Origin: Octopus vulgaris
Taxonomy: Eukaryota
Assembly: GCA_951406725.2 (NCBI GenBank)
Contig: OX597817.1
Coordinates: forward strand, 63,984,001-64,048,000
DNA: 64,000 nt
Direction of reading: 5' to 3'
Below are positions 1-13,804 of the stretch, in pieces; position 1 is the stretch's first letter, and the number at the start of each line of letters is the position of its first letter. Under the pieces are notes generated by a model. That model was not told where the DNA came from. It did no database searches and was given only the letters and a program-made list of their open reading frames with translations. The position numbers and the translations under genes are program-made.

Positions 1-249
1 CCTTGAATACTTAGATAATCATTGCATTCTCTGCATCCAATTCGTCTCAAAGTTAAATATTCATTGCATTCACTGCGAAGTATTCCATTTGTATTTGCAA
101 AGTCTCACGTTTTCTTGTATTGTTTTTATTTCAAGTTTTAATTCGCAATTTGGAAAACCGACAATTTATTCTATTAATGTATACGTAATGTAAAGACATT
201 ATTTATTTATTGAATGAAATGTTTTTTAATACCCGTATAATATACATAC

Positions 250-255
<6 letters not shown>

Positions 256-284
<29 letters not shown>

Positions 285-342
285 TGTATGTATGTATGTA
301 TGTATGTATGTATGTATGTATGTATGTATATATGTATGTATA
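256..342. repeat. (TATG)n microsatellite
   Basis: Visible tandem tetranucleotide. Confidence 0.95.
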
Positions 343-343
343 C

Positions 344-559
344 ACGAAGGAGTGCTGTAAAATTCCTGGCTTTAAGGGTGTTGCAAAAGGCCTGGTTGGA
401 GGCCCCAACCTTTCGAGTTCTTTTATAGGGCTTAGAAAAACTGAAGGACCGCTTCAATAAGTGAGTGAATCTGAAAGAGGAATTTGTTGAATAAAATCAT
501 AACTGATCCTCCCGTATTTTCTTTTACCCAAAGCCAGGAACTTTTCAGCAACCCATCGT
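344..559 (+). mobile_element. mariner-derived MITE (~215 bp)
   Basis: ~30-bp TIRs (cgaaggagtgctgtaaaattcctggcttt / aaagccaggaacttttcagcaacccatcg); internal DRFNK*VNLKEEFVE* resembles a mariner C-terminus; second copy at 58657-58870. Confidence 0.8.
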
Positions 560-566
560 GTGTATG

Positions 567-622
<56 letters not shown>

Positions 623-1203
623 TTAAAGTTAAATAGGTATCGTTACCATTATTAATAATAATAATGATAATAATAAAATGGCTAGCAAGTTCACACCTTA
701 AAAGGTAAAATATTTCTTTCTTCTGTAGTTCATACAAAAAAAAGCCTATTTCAGTTTATTGCATTCGCCGTGTGTTTTTTAATAGTAATTTGTAGTTTTA
801 AGCGATGGCTCTGTTATAACAAGTGATATTTTAATACCCTATTGAATTTTGATTTTTTTATACACACACAAATTAACATATTCACTTTGACGTTACCCTT
901 CGAGATATTTTTAACAATGACCTTTGAACCCTCTCTCGGTTGACATATTCATTTTTAAATGATTGATCAATTTTCAGCAGGTTTAATTATTCGAGAATTT
1001 TCTTGGATCAAACTTTGAAGAACTTTCTGAACACAACCACTTTATTTTTTGTTCATATTTTACAAGAATTTCCCGCTTAATATATTAACTTCTGCGTTTA
1101 ATACATTAACATACCTGTATGAAATAGTATTCTAAGATTCATTTCTGTATCTTAGTCATTTCTTTTTCTTTGGCATCATCTTTATTCTTACACTTGTTTT
1201 GGA

Positions 1204-2565
<1,362 letters not shown>

Positions 2566-2631
<66 letters not shown>

Positions 2632-2656
2632 GCACATACATATTATACACATATAC

Positions 2657-2716
<60 letters not shown>

Positions 2717-2766
2717 GCACATACATATTATACACATATACATATATATATATACATATATATATG

Positions 2767-2862
<96 letters not shown>

Positions 2863-2880
2863 AATATACATACATATATA
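2566..2880. repeat. Compound (TA)n/(TG)n microsatellite with a duplicated ~40-bp internal unit
   Basis: acatatgcacatacatattatacacatatac occurs at ~2626 and ~2711. Confidence 0.9.
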
Positions 2881-3700
2881 TATCATAAAGTATGTAAAAA
2901 TATTTTTTCGTAGTACCAATATTATCTGATGCTATAGAACTCAATACTTTGAGTAGAGTGAATATTTTTCATACCAAAGTTAACAGCTTACTCTACTTTC
3001 TGCCCTTTAGCTGTTCACGATTGTGGGATAGGAAAAGGGATTTGCCGCATTTATAAGGTTAATGTGAGTAGGTTCTGGGTAGATAGGTTTTTAAATGTCA
3101 TTTGGCAGTTTATAGTGACTACAAACTAGATTTTTTAATCAACTGCAGTTCAGTTTCTAACTAAACTGTCCAATATCTTCCTCTTCACAATCAAAAATCC
3201 TATTCTGTTATCAAGAACGGATTCTTACTTTGATTTCATCACTTGTTTTTTATCTTTCTTTTTTCGTTTTTTTTTTTCTTTTTTTGTATGTAGTCCATTC
3301 TACTTCATACACTCATATCTCCATAAAGCTAATATTCTTTACCTTTGATAACTTATTGCTGTCTGGTGTTCATTATATTTCTATGTCCTAGCATAGGATG
3401 ACCCCTAGCATACATATGTGTCTTTCGATTATTCGAATGGCTTTATTTCATATAATGATTTTCTAAGCAGCAATTTTAAGAGAAGAGTGTTAGTCGATAC
3501 CTAAGATTTGAGTACTTGATTGATACGTTCTCTTATTGATGCCGGAGGGATGAAAGACAAAGTTGGCTTCAGTGGAATTTAAACTTGACAGCATAATGAG
3601 CCGGAAGAATATTGCAAAGCGTTTTTCCTGATGCTCTAACGATTCTCCCATCTCGTCGCTCAATTATTTTATGTAATAATAAAAAGTACTATTTATAGTA

Positions 3701-4998
3701 CGAGAGTCAGCTGAAAGGTTCATAGGCTGACCAAGACACTCTCATGAAATGCGACTAAATGAGGTCTATTTTTAAAAATAATCCCCCTTGTGATCCATAT
3801 AAGTCTTCCATCGGTGCTGCAGTGGTTGGGTCCCATTGATAAAGAAGCTTTCATCCTGTTGGCCAAAAAAGTCATCAGCAGCAGATGTGACATCGTCATC
3901 ACTGCGATATTGGTTCCCAGCCAAGGGGTTTTTTTTCAAATTGGGGAACAGATGATAGCCAGATGGGGACAAGTCAGAAGAAGGAGGATGCTCAACTAGT
4001 TCAAAAGTATAGTCACGCACAGCAGCTATTGAAAGCAAAGACTTGTATGCTGGAGAATTGTCCTGATGAAACAAGATCCCTTTCATCAGTTTTCCTGGGC
4101 GTTTGATCTTGACATAACTACCTCAGCAAGTTGACATAGTACTCCTCATTGATGATGTAGCTCTTTTGAAGATAATCAATAAACACAATGCCCTTTGCAT
4201 CCCAGAAACTGAGACCACCACCGTCCATGCAGATAAAACAACCTTGGCCTTCTTTGAAGTAAGTGAGGAGGGAGTATTTCCACTGCATGGATTGTTTCTT
4301 TGTCTCTGGTTCAAAGTGATGAACTATATACTCATCCTGGCTTCGAAAACAAAGAAACCAACTGGATCTGCTTCAAACAATGTCAGATTTTCCCGTGATG
4401 TAATCGGCCTGGTGCACTTTTAATGAGGGGTCAGAAAACGTGGCAACCACTGAGCAGAAACTTTCGTCATGGCAAGTTCATTGTACAGAATATTCTGAAC
4501 TTTCTCACTGGATATGCTAATAGCATTGGCTATTTGATTTATATAGTCAATCCATCACCATGTGGTGAACACGATCAATGTTTTACTCAGTGGTGCCAGT
4601 TGCAGAACATCCAGTCTTTGGCTCATCTTCAAGGTTACCCCTGTCTTAAATTCAGCTGACCACTTTTGCACTATTGCTAAAGCTAAAACGTCATCCCCTA
4701 ATATCACAACCATATCAGCCTGAATGTCTTTGAGGGATAAACCCTTTTTCTGTAGGTACTCGATAACAACACGATGCCAAATTTTGTCCATTTTCAAGAG
4801 ATGCCGATACTAGTTACATCTGAAGTCTTTTCTGAACCGTCAGATGTCAGTTTACCTGGAAAGAAACTATGTAATAATTAATAAGAGTTGAAATTAATGC
4901 ATCTCAACATTAATAGCAAGGGCAAGATCAAAGCACAACTTAAAACATTATTTACAAAGCAACTGCCATCACTGAGTAAACTTCTCGACCCATCCTTG
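3701..4998 (-). mobile_element. Decayed near-full-length mariner (DD34D-type) transposon
   Basis: Frameshifted pieces: MDKIWHRVVIEYLQKKGLS..., ILFHQDNSPAY...HPPSSDLSPSGYHLFPNLKK...RWKTYMDHKGDYF; degenerate TIRs next to TA. Confidence 0.88.
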
Positions 4999-5454
4999 TA
5001 TTTATTTCGATGGTTCAATTCTAAATATCATTGTGACTGCCATTGATCTTCAGTTCAAAGAAATAATCAATGAAAATAACCACCAAATGCATACTAAATC
5101 GATTACATAATCAATTACATACATTTAATTACAAAATCAAGTCTTGAATTTAACATTAAAGTCAAAATAAATATTCCTCTTGCATGGTTTCTGAATTTTT
5201 CCTCTGCATCATGATTTTGTAGTTTATACCGACTTAAGGTTTTCATGTTATGACATTTGCAGCTGTCAGACGGGCATGAAGCTTTGTAAATAGTGTTTTC
5301 TTTAAGTTGTGCTTTGATCTTGCCGTTGCTATTAATATTGCATCTGTCTATATGGTTACACGTCATGCACACTTTTAGAAATGGATAGGAATCTAATTGT
5401 TTTCAGACAATTAAATGCTCCATGCAGGATACCAACTGCTTTGTTTGCTATTTC

Positions 5455-5487
<33 letters not shown>

Positions 5488-5883
5488 AGCGAGTGCGCGC
5501 GTGTGTGTGCGTGTATGCGTTTCGTTTTTGTTCATTTCTTATACAATTCCGAAGAATGTTTGATACTTACCTTTTTTTCGTTTTGGCAATGGAATGATGA
5601 TGATGATGATGACGATGATGACGACGACGACGATGACGACTAGGAAGGACCACAACAACAAAGATAACGAAGATGATGATCATGATCACGATGATGGTGA
5701 TGGTGATGATGATCATGACCATGACGACGACGACGGTGAAATTGTTTGTTTTCACGAAATAACTGCTAGTCACATTATCAATTTATATGCGTATATGATT
5801 GTTTCAGTATAAGGCAGTACGTGTGTTTGTATGTGTGTGTGTGTGTGTTTGTATGTGTGTATGTGTGTGTGTGTGTGTGTGTA

Positions 5884-5931
<48 letters not shown>

Positions 5932-6180
5932 ATATTTATTCATTTAATTAGGAAACTTGTTTACGGGATTCGTTCCGCTTGTTGAACTACAGTATATATT
6001 TCATAAGAGATTTTGTTGACGCTATGCAACGAAGACGAGTTACATATGTACTTCCTGCACACAAACTCTCGTGCACACCAAATTCCACGCACATATAAGT
6101 GCGCATCTATGTATGCCTCTGTATGTGTGTGTGTACGTGTGAGTGTGTGTGTGTATGTGTGTGTGTACGTGTGTGTGTAC

Positions 6181-6211
<31 letters not shown>

Positions 6212-7059
6212 TGTGAGTGTGTCTGTGTGTGTGTGTGGTAGTAATGTATGTATGTATGTATGTATGTATGTATGTATGCATGCTTGCATAGGTGTGTGTA
6301 ATGATGGACGGATGGATGGATAGATGTAGATGTAGATATATGTATATATGTGTGTATATATGTATGAGTGTGTGTGCATATGTATGTATAAAACCACGTT
6401 ACCATTCAGCCGAAATGCGCCAGATTTTGTATGCATCACTGAGGTGGAGAACAATACGATAAAATGCCAGAAGTCTATTCTATTCGTGCCCATTATGTCA
6501 TTTTTGTGTATCTTTTGAATATCTATAGAACACACAACGCCTTATATGGGTAGACGTCGTTATCACTGCCCACTGCCTGCTTCTATTCAATTTCTAATCA
6601 ATTTTGATTCAGGAGCTGTGTCCCTTACTTTTGATTAACGATTTATCAGAACTTGTTTTGCTCAGAGCATTGTGTTAACCTACACTTGGCTATGTAGTCT
6701 AGTTGCCAAAGCTTTCCCGAGGAAAATTTCCCACCTCGTTATTTTCAATTGCCTACTTAGTGAATGTTTTTTTTTTTTCTTTCTCTCAAAACCTATATAA
6801 AGTCACAGCCTTTCAATTCTTCACCAATTTTAACACCTAAGTTATCTTCCGTTGTCTTTGATGAGAATTATCATTAACTCTGATTATTTTTCAATGTCTA
6901 TATCATCATCTAGGAAGAGAGATAAGAGAAAAGAGAATTATGTGGTCAGTTATATCATGCTGACGAATTTTTAAAAGACTGAAATAGTACTATATGATTA
7001 GTACCTACTCGAAATTTTAAGAACTTTGTAATAAGAGAACAAAAAACGTTGAATATGTG

Positions 7060-7365
7060 AATTCTCCCGTTCTGCTGCCAGTTGGTGTACACGCATGCAA
7101 GTAGGTGCCCAAACAAATCCGGCATGCTACTATAGAGTTCGTAAGGCAGACCATCGAGCTCCGGCGATTTGTCCCCGCCGCAATCTGCCAACACATCCTC
7201 AACTTCCCTGGCTGTGATCAGCGCTTCACAAGATTCCGCATCCCGCCCCGAGAGACGCGACAAACCGGCCAGGAAGTCTGTGAGCTTCTCCCCGCGCTCC
7301 AGTCCGCCGCTCCTTCCGAATAGCAGGGCGAAATGCTCGTGAAACACCTTGCACATTTGCCGTTC
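7060..7365 (-). mobile_element. L1/Tx1-clade LINE ORF2 fragment (linker before RT)
   Basis: ITAREVEDVL...KSPELDGLPYELY matches the KSPGxDGLPxEFY motif; GC-rich island. Confidence 0.8.
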
Positions 7366-7577
7366 AAAGGGAAAATATCCGCCTTGTGTTTACATCGTAT
7401 AATAGAAGTTTATTCAGAAGTCTCCCTCGAAAACACCTTCCCATTTACTGAAAATAAAGAGAAACCCCTATAGTTTCCATATTCCTTTTCTTTACTCTTA
7501 TTTTCATATAGAGATAACAGCAAAATCTTTCCTGTTCTGATGTTCAACAATCCTTACCGAACATCATCTATTAAAAT

Positions 7578-7972
7578 TGGCTTCAAATTTTGGCACAAGA
7601 CTAGCAGTTTCGAGGGTGATCAATTGGTACCTATTTTATCGACCCCGAAAGAATGAAAGGCAATTTGAACTTAGGACATGATGACAGACGAAATGCCACA
7701 AAGCATTTTGCCCAGGGTCCTAACGATTCTGCCAGCTCGCCATTATATCATCTATTAAGACGGCGAGCTGGCAAAATCGTTACTGCACCAGGAAAACTGC
7801 TTTGCGGCATTTCTTCCGAATTTACGTTGAGATCGAATACTGCGGTGTCGACTTTGCCTTTCATCCTCCCAGGGTCGATAAAAGTAAGTGCCAGTTGAAC
7901 ACAGGGGTCGATGTAATCGATTTACGCCCGTCCTCGAAATTGTTAGCCTTGTAACAAAAAATTGGAAATCAA
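7578..7972. mobile_element. Head-to-head pair of SINE family A copies (7578-7742 minus, 7760-7972 plus)
   Basis: tRNA-like head ggcgagctggcaaaatcgtt, central ctttcatcc...ggtcgataaa, tail ccttgtgccaaaatttgaa; recurs through the window; central part resembles the Nin/Deu domain (recalled). Confidence 0.75.
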
Positions 7973-9144
7973 CACTGATGAAAACTACCAGCCAATTTAA
8001 TACAAAGGGCCTTTTTAGCTCTCATTTGGCCAATCACCCTCTATACATCTTCCAGAGTTGGATAGAGTATTACGCAATCTTGATTCATGGATGAGTGAAG
8101 GAAAAGAAATGATAATAATCCTTATTCACGATAGGATTTCTAAAAAGGTCCATATTCAGTCCAGAGATTCATAATGCCATTCGAATCTCAGATGTACTTT
8201 GAACTTTTTTCAATTAAATGTTGACAAGGAATCAAACTACCTACCTCAGATCATGTATGCCGTCGATACCCTTCCTTTCTGCTTTTAGCTCTATTTCAAG
8301 TTTTTTTCCTATCCACTAGCTGTACTTCATCAATCTAAATTTACACTGCAAGTTACCTTTGACAGTGTTTTGTATTTTCAATGCGTTTTTCAGTATCACA
8401 AGAATATCTTGTTACAGGAACTTAGCAAACGGTGTGTTTTTATGCTTTAGCATTGCTACAACTTCAATGCCATTATAGTTGAACCAGTCCTGATCTAATT
8501 ATGTATAAACCCAACGTGGTTGACGCAATCTTGTAGATTTTATCCTTCAAATCATTCGTCCAATTTTTCCATCAATCTTTTAGCAACTTCTTTCGCTTCG
8601 AGCTTGGATACTTCAATGTTTTGAACACTACAGCCTCCAGAACGCTTCTTATTTCTAACAACAAATTCAAACTTTTCTCTTACCATATGATGGCCTGATG
8701 AACATGCTGTATCTCTCAGAGTATGCAACTTGCATACATTTTGCATATCACAACAATGCACAATTACAAAATCAATAATGTATCTGTGTTTAGACAGAGC
8801 ACATCCAATTTGCTTTGTGCATGGGCGTGAACTGAAAGAATGTATTTATAATGACCAAGCCCTGCTCTGTGCAAAACTGAAGCACTTGAAGACTGTTCAT
8901 TTTTTTTTCCTCAGTTCAGATACCATAATCAGTTCTAATCCTCGCATTAGTCAGGAGAAATTTCTCAAGGAGTCATCAATCAACTCTGCAGGGATATTAA
9001 ATTTAGGAGCATAGCATGTCACTTTCTACCCAACGAATCCCAAATTCCTGATACAATTCCATACTATTCTGAAAAATAACACAATTCCACTATCTTCTTT
9101 TTCACATTCTCTGATTTTCCTATCCAGAAAAATGTATTTCCATT

Positions 9145-9340
9145 TCAGCTGACAGAGTCATTAGCATGCCAAACAAAATGCTTAGTGGCATTTCATCCAT
9201 CTTTAAGGTCTGTGTTCAATTGGTAAACTTTACCCTTCATCCTTTCGGGGTCCATAAAATAAATACCAGTCAAGCACTAGGGTCAATGTAATCGACTTAG
9301 CTCTGCTCCCCACAAAATTCCAGATTTTGTGCCTATAGTA
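9145..9340 (+). mobile_element. SINE family A copy
   Basis: cttcatcctttcggggtccataaaataaataccagt...gggtcaatgtaatcgac. Confidence 0.7.
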
Positions 9341-10464
9341 TGTTTTAAATAATACATCAATGTTAATGCTATAACTTAATAGATCCTCACCAACTGTCGC
9401 AGTCTTCTTTCCAGTTTTCTCCCAGCTACCATATCAAATAGCATTCTAACGTTTCTGCAATATAAAAGCATGTACACTCACACACACACACACACACAGA
9501 GCATAATTTGCAGCATATTGTTAAATACAGTCGAAAGAAAATAAACACAAACTCGAGGGAGATAGAAATTGAAATTTATTGGAAAAAAAATGAAAAAAAA
9601 TGGAACATAATTAAAACAAATCTTTTAACAGACTTTATACAAAAACAGAATTTTATCAGTGTTCATTACACTAATATTCACCAATATTTGATTTTAAGGT
9701 TTTAGTTTGGTTTTTTTTTCTCTCTTTCTCTTTTACTTTAACCACCACAGAGGGTGGTAAACTTCATGTAACCAATAGTTGTCACAAGTTCTACTAATAC
9801 ATAACAGGCAGCCTATTGACAGACAGCAGTCTAGAATTATACACTCAAAATCTATAGTCACTTGAACCACTACAGCTGGAATTAGTAAAAAATTATTGAA
9901 CAACAATACAGTGGTTAATTAGGAGTCCATGACAGCAACTGTTCCATCAAATTAAATAAAATTTTAAATTCAGGGAGTTAGGTAGCACAAAGTAGGACTA
10001 GTGTAGGGAAGTTTCACTATCCAGATAACATTTATAATTATCTGTGGTATACTTTGAAGCACCTTAACCATGAACACTCACACATACATACATACATGTA
10101 TATATATATATATATATGAACTTCATTAGCTTATGACTGTTTTTATATATTTGAAGCTCTGATGAAACTAAGCTCATACAATAATTGTTTACTCCTTTGT
10201 CATCTCTTTTCTTATTATCACTCTGTATTTAATTAACGTTCCATTCAGAAACATATGTACATTGAGTTCTACACCATGTTAGTATCACAATGACTGGATT
10301 TTACTCAAAGGATATTGGAATATTGCATATATACCATTATGCCTATAAAGCGGATTTACAAATTCAATACCCATACATATCTTGCATCTATTTTCTTTCC
10401 TCCACCTCACTCTCTATTTGTATCACATCGAAACTAACTATGACTTAATTTTTCCTCTCATACC

Positions 10465-10517
10465 ATCTCTGATGAAGGGATATTATTAATTAATATCCTA
10501 TAAACAGCTGTAAGACC
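10465..10517 (+). ncRNA. Degenerate type I hammerhead ribozyme motif (Penelope-like)
   Basis: tct-CTGATGA-a-gggatatt/aatatcct stem II-(a)TAAA instead of GAAA-palindromic ACAGCTGT-A-aga. Confidence 0.55.
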
Positions 10518-11542
10518 TTTTATCTATAAATGCACTAATATCTATACAGCCTTGGTTTTTTATCTTATTACACAAAAAAAATCCTTATATATATATATAA
10601 AAGAAAGTCTGATGGAACTAATGGTGGTCTGGGTTGGTAAAATTTTAGTTAAATTTAAGCACTTTGGGTCAGTTCATATGTGACGAGGTCAAAGCATTTT
10701 TCTGTCTCCAATGAAGAACTTAGTAAAAAGAAAAATCAAGATGCTCATCACCCCATAGCATATGCATTTATCCAATATTATTACCTAAGCATGTTTAACA
10801 AACTTACAGATAACCAAAGCACCTCGCCCATTCCATTAGCAAGCTGTTTAATACACACACACACAGACAAAAATCAACTTTCATTGAGCAGATTTATGAT
10901 CAGTTATTCCATCCATGACCATGCCATCTTTTTAGCAATATCTAGAACTCATTTAATCTGTCCCTTTCTTTTGAAACAATAGCGTGCAATTTGAGAGGTA
11001 TTGGGCTGCTATTTCTAACAGGTCGAGTGACTGTGTAAAAGCTCTCTCACTAATTCATTAAGTTGTGGTTAATGGGACAACTATAGTTGGATGAGGTAAA
11101 GAAAAACATACAAGGATTTTGTTTACATTCATATGGACGAATTAATGATAGTAACAGTCAACATTTGTTGTTGATGAAGTTGCTTTTTAACCTCTCAAGT
11201 AAACCCTTGTCAAGCAAACCTATGGTTCAAAAGCATTTTAGCCATGACCATCAAAACCATTTTTGTATATCAGATACATAAAGGCTACATTGTCCAGAAT
11301 TATCTTCCTTTAAAACAGTAGGGCATGAAGTGAATGAGAATGGCTACTCTTTTGTAGCAGGTCAAGCAACTGCATAAATATGCAATCATCATAGCAGTGG
11401 TCATTTACAGGTGGGAGGGACCTTTAGAAGAGGGCACGGGGAATGAGAAAGTCTTTCTCTGGATTTTTATGTTTTTCACAAGAGCAACATAATTGAAAGC
11501 GAAAGCATTCTAATAGAGAATCAAACCATGTCAACTTTAAGT

Positions 11543-11797
11543 CAGTGGTTTTCAACCGGGATCCATACGGCCCTTGGGGGTTCATATAAGATTTTATTGT
11601 TAAAATTTATGTACAATAAACTGGTCATACTTGTACAATAGACAAAATATTTAAACACTTTTTTCATACAATTCCTAATAATATTTAATCATAAAAATAT
11701 AATAGCAGTTTTTAGACATCGAATGGCAATGAGGATCCCCAACCCCAAGTAAAATAGGAACCATAGGGGTCTGTAGATAAAAGTCGGTTGAAAACTG
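11543..11797. mobile_element. hAT-like MITE
   Basis: TIR cagtggttttcaacc / ggttgaaaa(cca)ctg; imperfect 8-bp TSD ctttaagt / ctttaggc. Confidence 0.65.
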
Positions 11798-13538
11798 CTT
11801 TAGGCCGTTGTAGATTTATCTCCCTTGATGCTGCCAGCCACTGCTCTTTCATCACTTATCTCCCTTCACAGCACTCCTGCAATTATCAGGTGATGAAGAT
11901 GATGATTGTAAAGTCAACTTTGATGGGAAAGTTGATGACTTCGCTGCATCTTTATATCTTATAAATAGTGACTAGACAAATGAGAAGAAAACCAGCCCTG
12001 AATCATTTATTATTATCACGCTCATATGCTTTCAATACAACCATAATGAACATACAGCCCTTGTGAAGCCCTAACTTGTAAGTTACAGCATCATAAGTGT
12101 ATATGCTAGAAACAAATGGTTAGCTAAAGAGAAGAGGAGAAAGAAGAAAGAAACAAAGATCCACTGTAAAGGCTCAACTACTAAGAAGACAATTTACTCA
12201 ACCGCAAAAAGAAGACTTCAACAAGGACTGCAAAAAGATGTAGAAACATTCCTCCATACAACTATGAACTTTCATTTAGCCAATTTAAATAAAAACTAAT
12301 TGGGTCTGGCTATATAGAGGTAGGTAGACATCTTTAATACAGTTTGTAGGGTGAGGGGAATAATTGATTAAATCATCCATTGCACAAAGTTCATTCAGGA
12401 ACAAGTCTAATACTGCATTTTTTGTTTTTGTTTTTTGTTAGTTTTTTTTTTACGCAATATTATTAACCATTCAGTCTATTTATCCTGCCAACCCATAGAA
12501 ATAAATTTTATATAAAAAAAAAATTTTTTTTGGTAAAATACAAATCCCAAATAGTAGTTTTGGAAAATACATTTCTCAACTTCAAAATATCAAAAATTAT
12601 AAACTTTTATACTCATCTTGTAAATTAAATGTAAATTTGGAACAAGCAAACATGAAGACTATATCAAGATATTCACTCAATCAGTTACACACACACACAC
12701 ACAGTGATGGGTCTCATGTCAGTTTTGACAGTGCATGTTTCCAGTTGTGCAATCAATGGAATTTAACTACTCATTGCATTACAGTGTAAGCAGCTGAGAA
12801 TTCCACAGCACTGAGACTACCTTTAAATTACAAGTACAGTCGATGCAACAAGCTTCAACACAGATTCTTTCTATCTAGTTTCAATGTTGGAATGTGCAGT
12901 ATGGTTCTCAGCTAGGTAGGTAGAAAAGGAAGTGTGAATGTCCACAACAACAGGTCTGTTGGTTACATCAAATTATTTGGCTGACTACCTGCAAGCAAGA
13001 GAACTGCTCAATCTGAGCTGATCAGGCACTACACAACAACCCAAATTTAATACACATAGCTTGGACCAACTAGAAGACACTTGTGCAGGATGTCTCACAG
13101 TGGAACTGATTCTCATGACTAAAAATGGCACTAGTTGTACTGAAAACACACACACATACATACACATACATGCACATACATACATACACACACACACACA
13201 TGCACAGGCTTAAAAAATTCCAAGAGGCTCATCCCTAGGCTTCAGTTCAATATATTGTTGATTTTTTTTTTAATTATTAAAAATAAAAAAATGTATAATC
13301 GTTTTTTTTCTCCTTCCTTCAAAAAAAACTAAATTTCCTTTACACGTTTTTTTTTTTTTTTGGCAGGGTTGGGGGTTAAACTGCATTTCAATTTTTTTCT
13401 CACGTATTATAAAATACTTGTAAAATATTTTCAACATTATAGCTATCAAAAGGAATGAATATAGGAAATTGATTTCATCACTCACTCTCTCCATCTCTCT
13501 TTCTGTCTCTCTGTCTTCTTCCTTCCTGTCCTTCCCAC

Positions 13539-13539
<1 letters not shown>

Positions 13540-13601
<62 letters not shown>
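13540..13601. repeat. (CT)n microsatellite at the start of the ERMP1 3'UTR, read as (GA)n in the mRNA
   Basis: Begins ~30 nt after the stop codon. Confidence 0.9.
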
Positions 13602-13605
<4 letters not shown>

Positions 13606-13633
13606 TTGCATTCCTCTAACATGTTGGACATTA

Positions 13634-13804
13634 TCAAAACTTCCAGCTATCATATGTAGCTGTCCATGAAACTGCAGTTACCCACTTGGGTAACTTCTTC
13701 TCTAATGCAGATAGTTCTGGTGTTTCCTTCAATCCACCATGCATGTAGTGACCAGCAAATGCGATATCTGTGATTGTTGCGCTGTCCTGCCAATCTTCTG
13801 GAAC
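13634..13804 (-). CDS. ERMP1: ERMP1 last coding exon: [24 protein letters not shown]...[19 protein letters not shown]
   Basis: ttacag|GTT acceptor; TGA stop followed directly by TAA. Confidence 0.93.
   Translation of the reverse strand, partial: VPEDWQDSATITDIAFAGHYMHGGLKETPELSALEKKLPKWVTAVSWTATYDSWKF

Noticed and set aside
8215-9014. Possible piggyBac-like or other transposase relic
   Set aside because: Only vague motifs in several frames and no TIRs found; a BLASTX search would be needed.
9540-13633. Extent of the ERMP1 3'UTR and poly(A) site (minus-strand AATAAA near 12006 and 9575, ATTAAA near 13270)
   Set aside because: Such hexamers are frequent in AT-rich DNA; no way to choose without 3'-end data.
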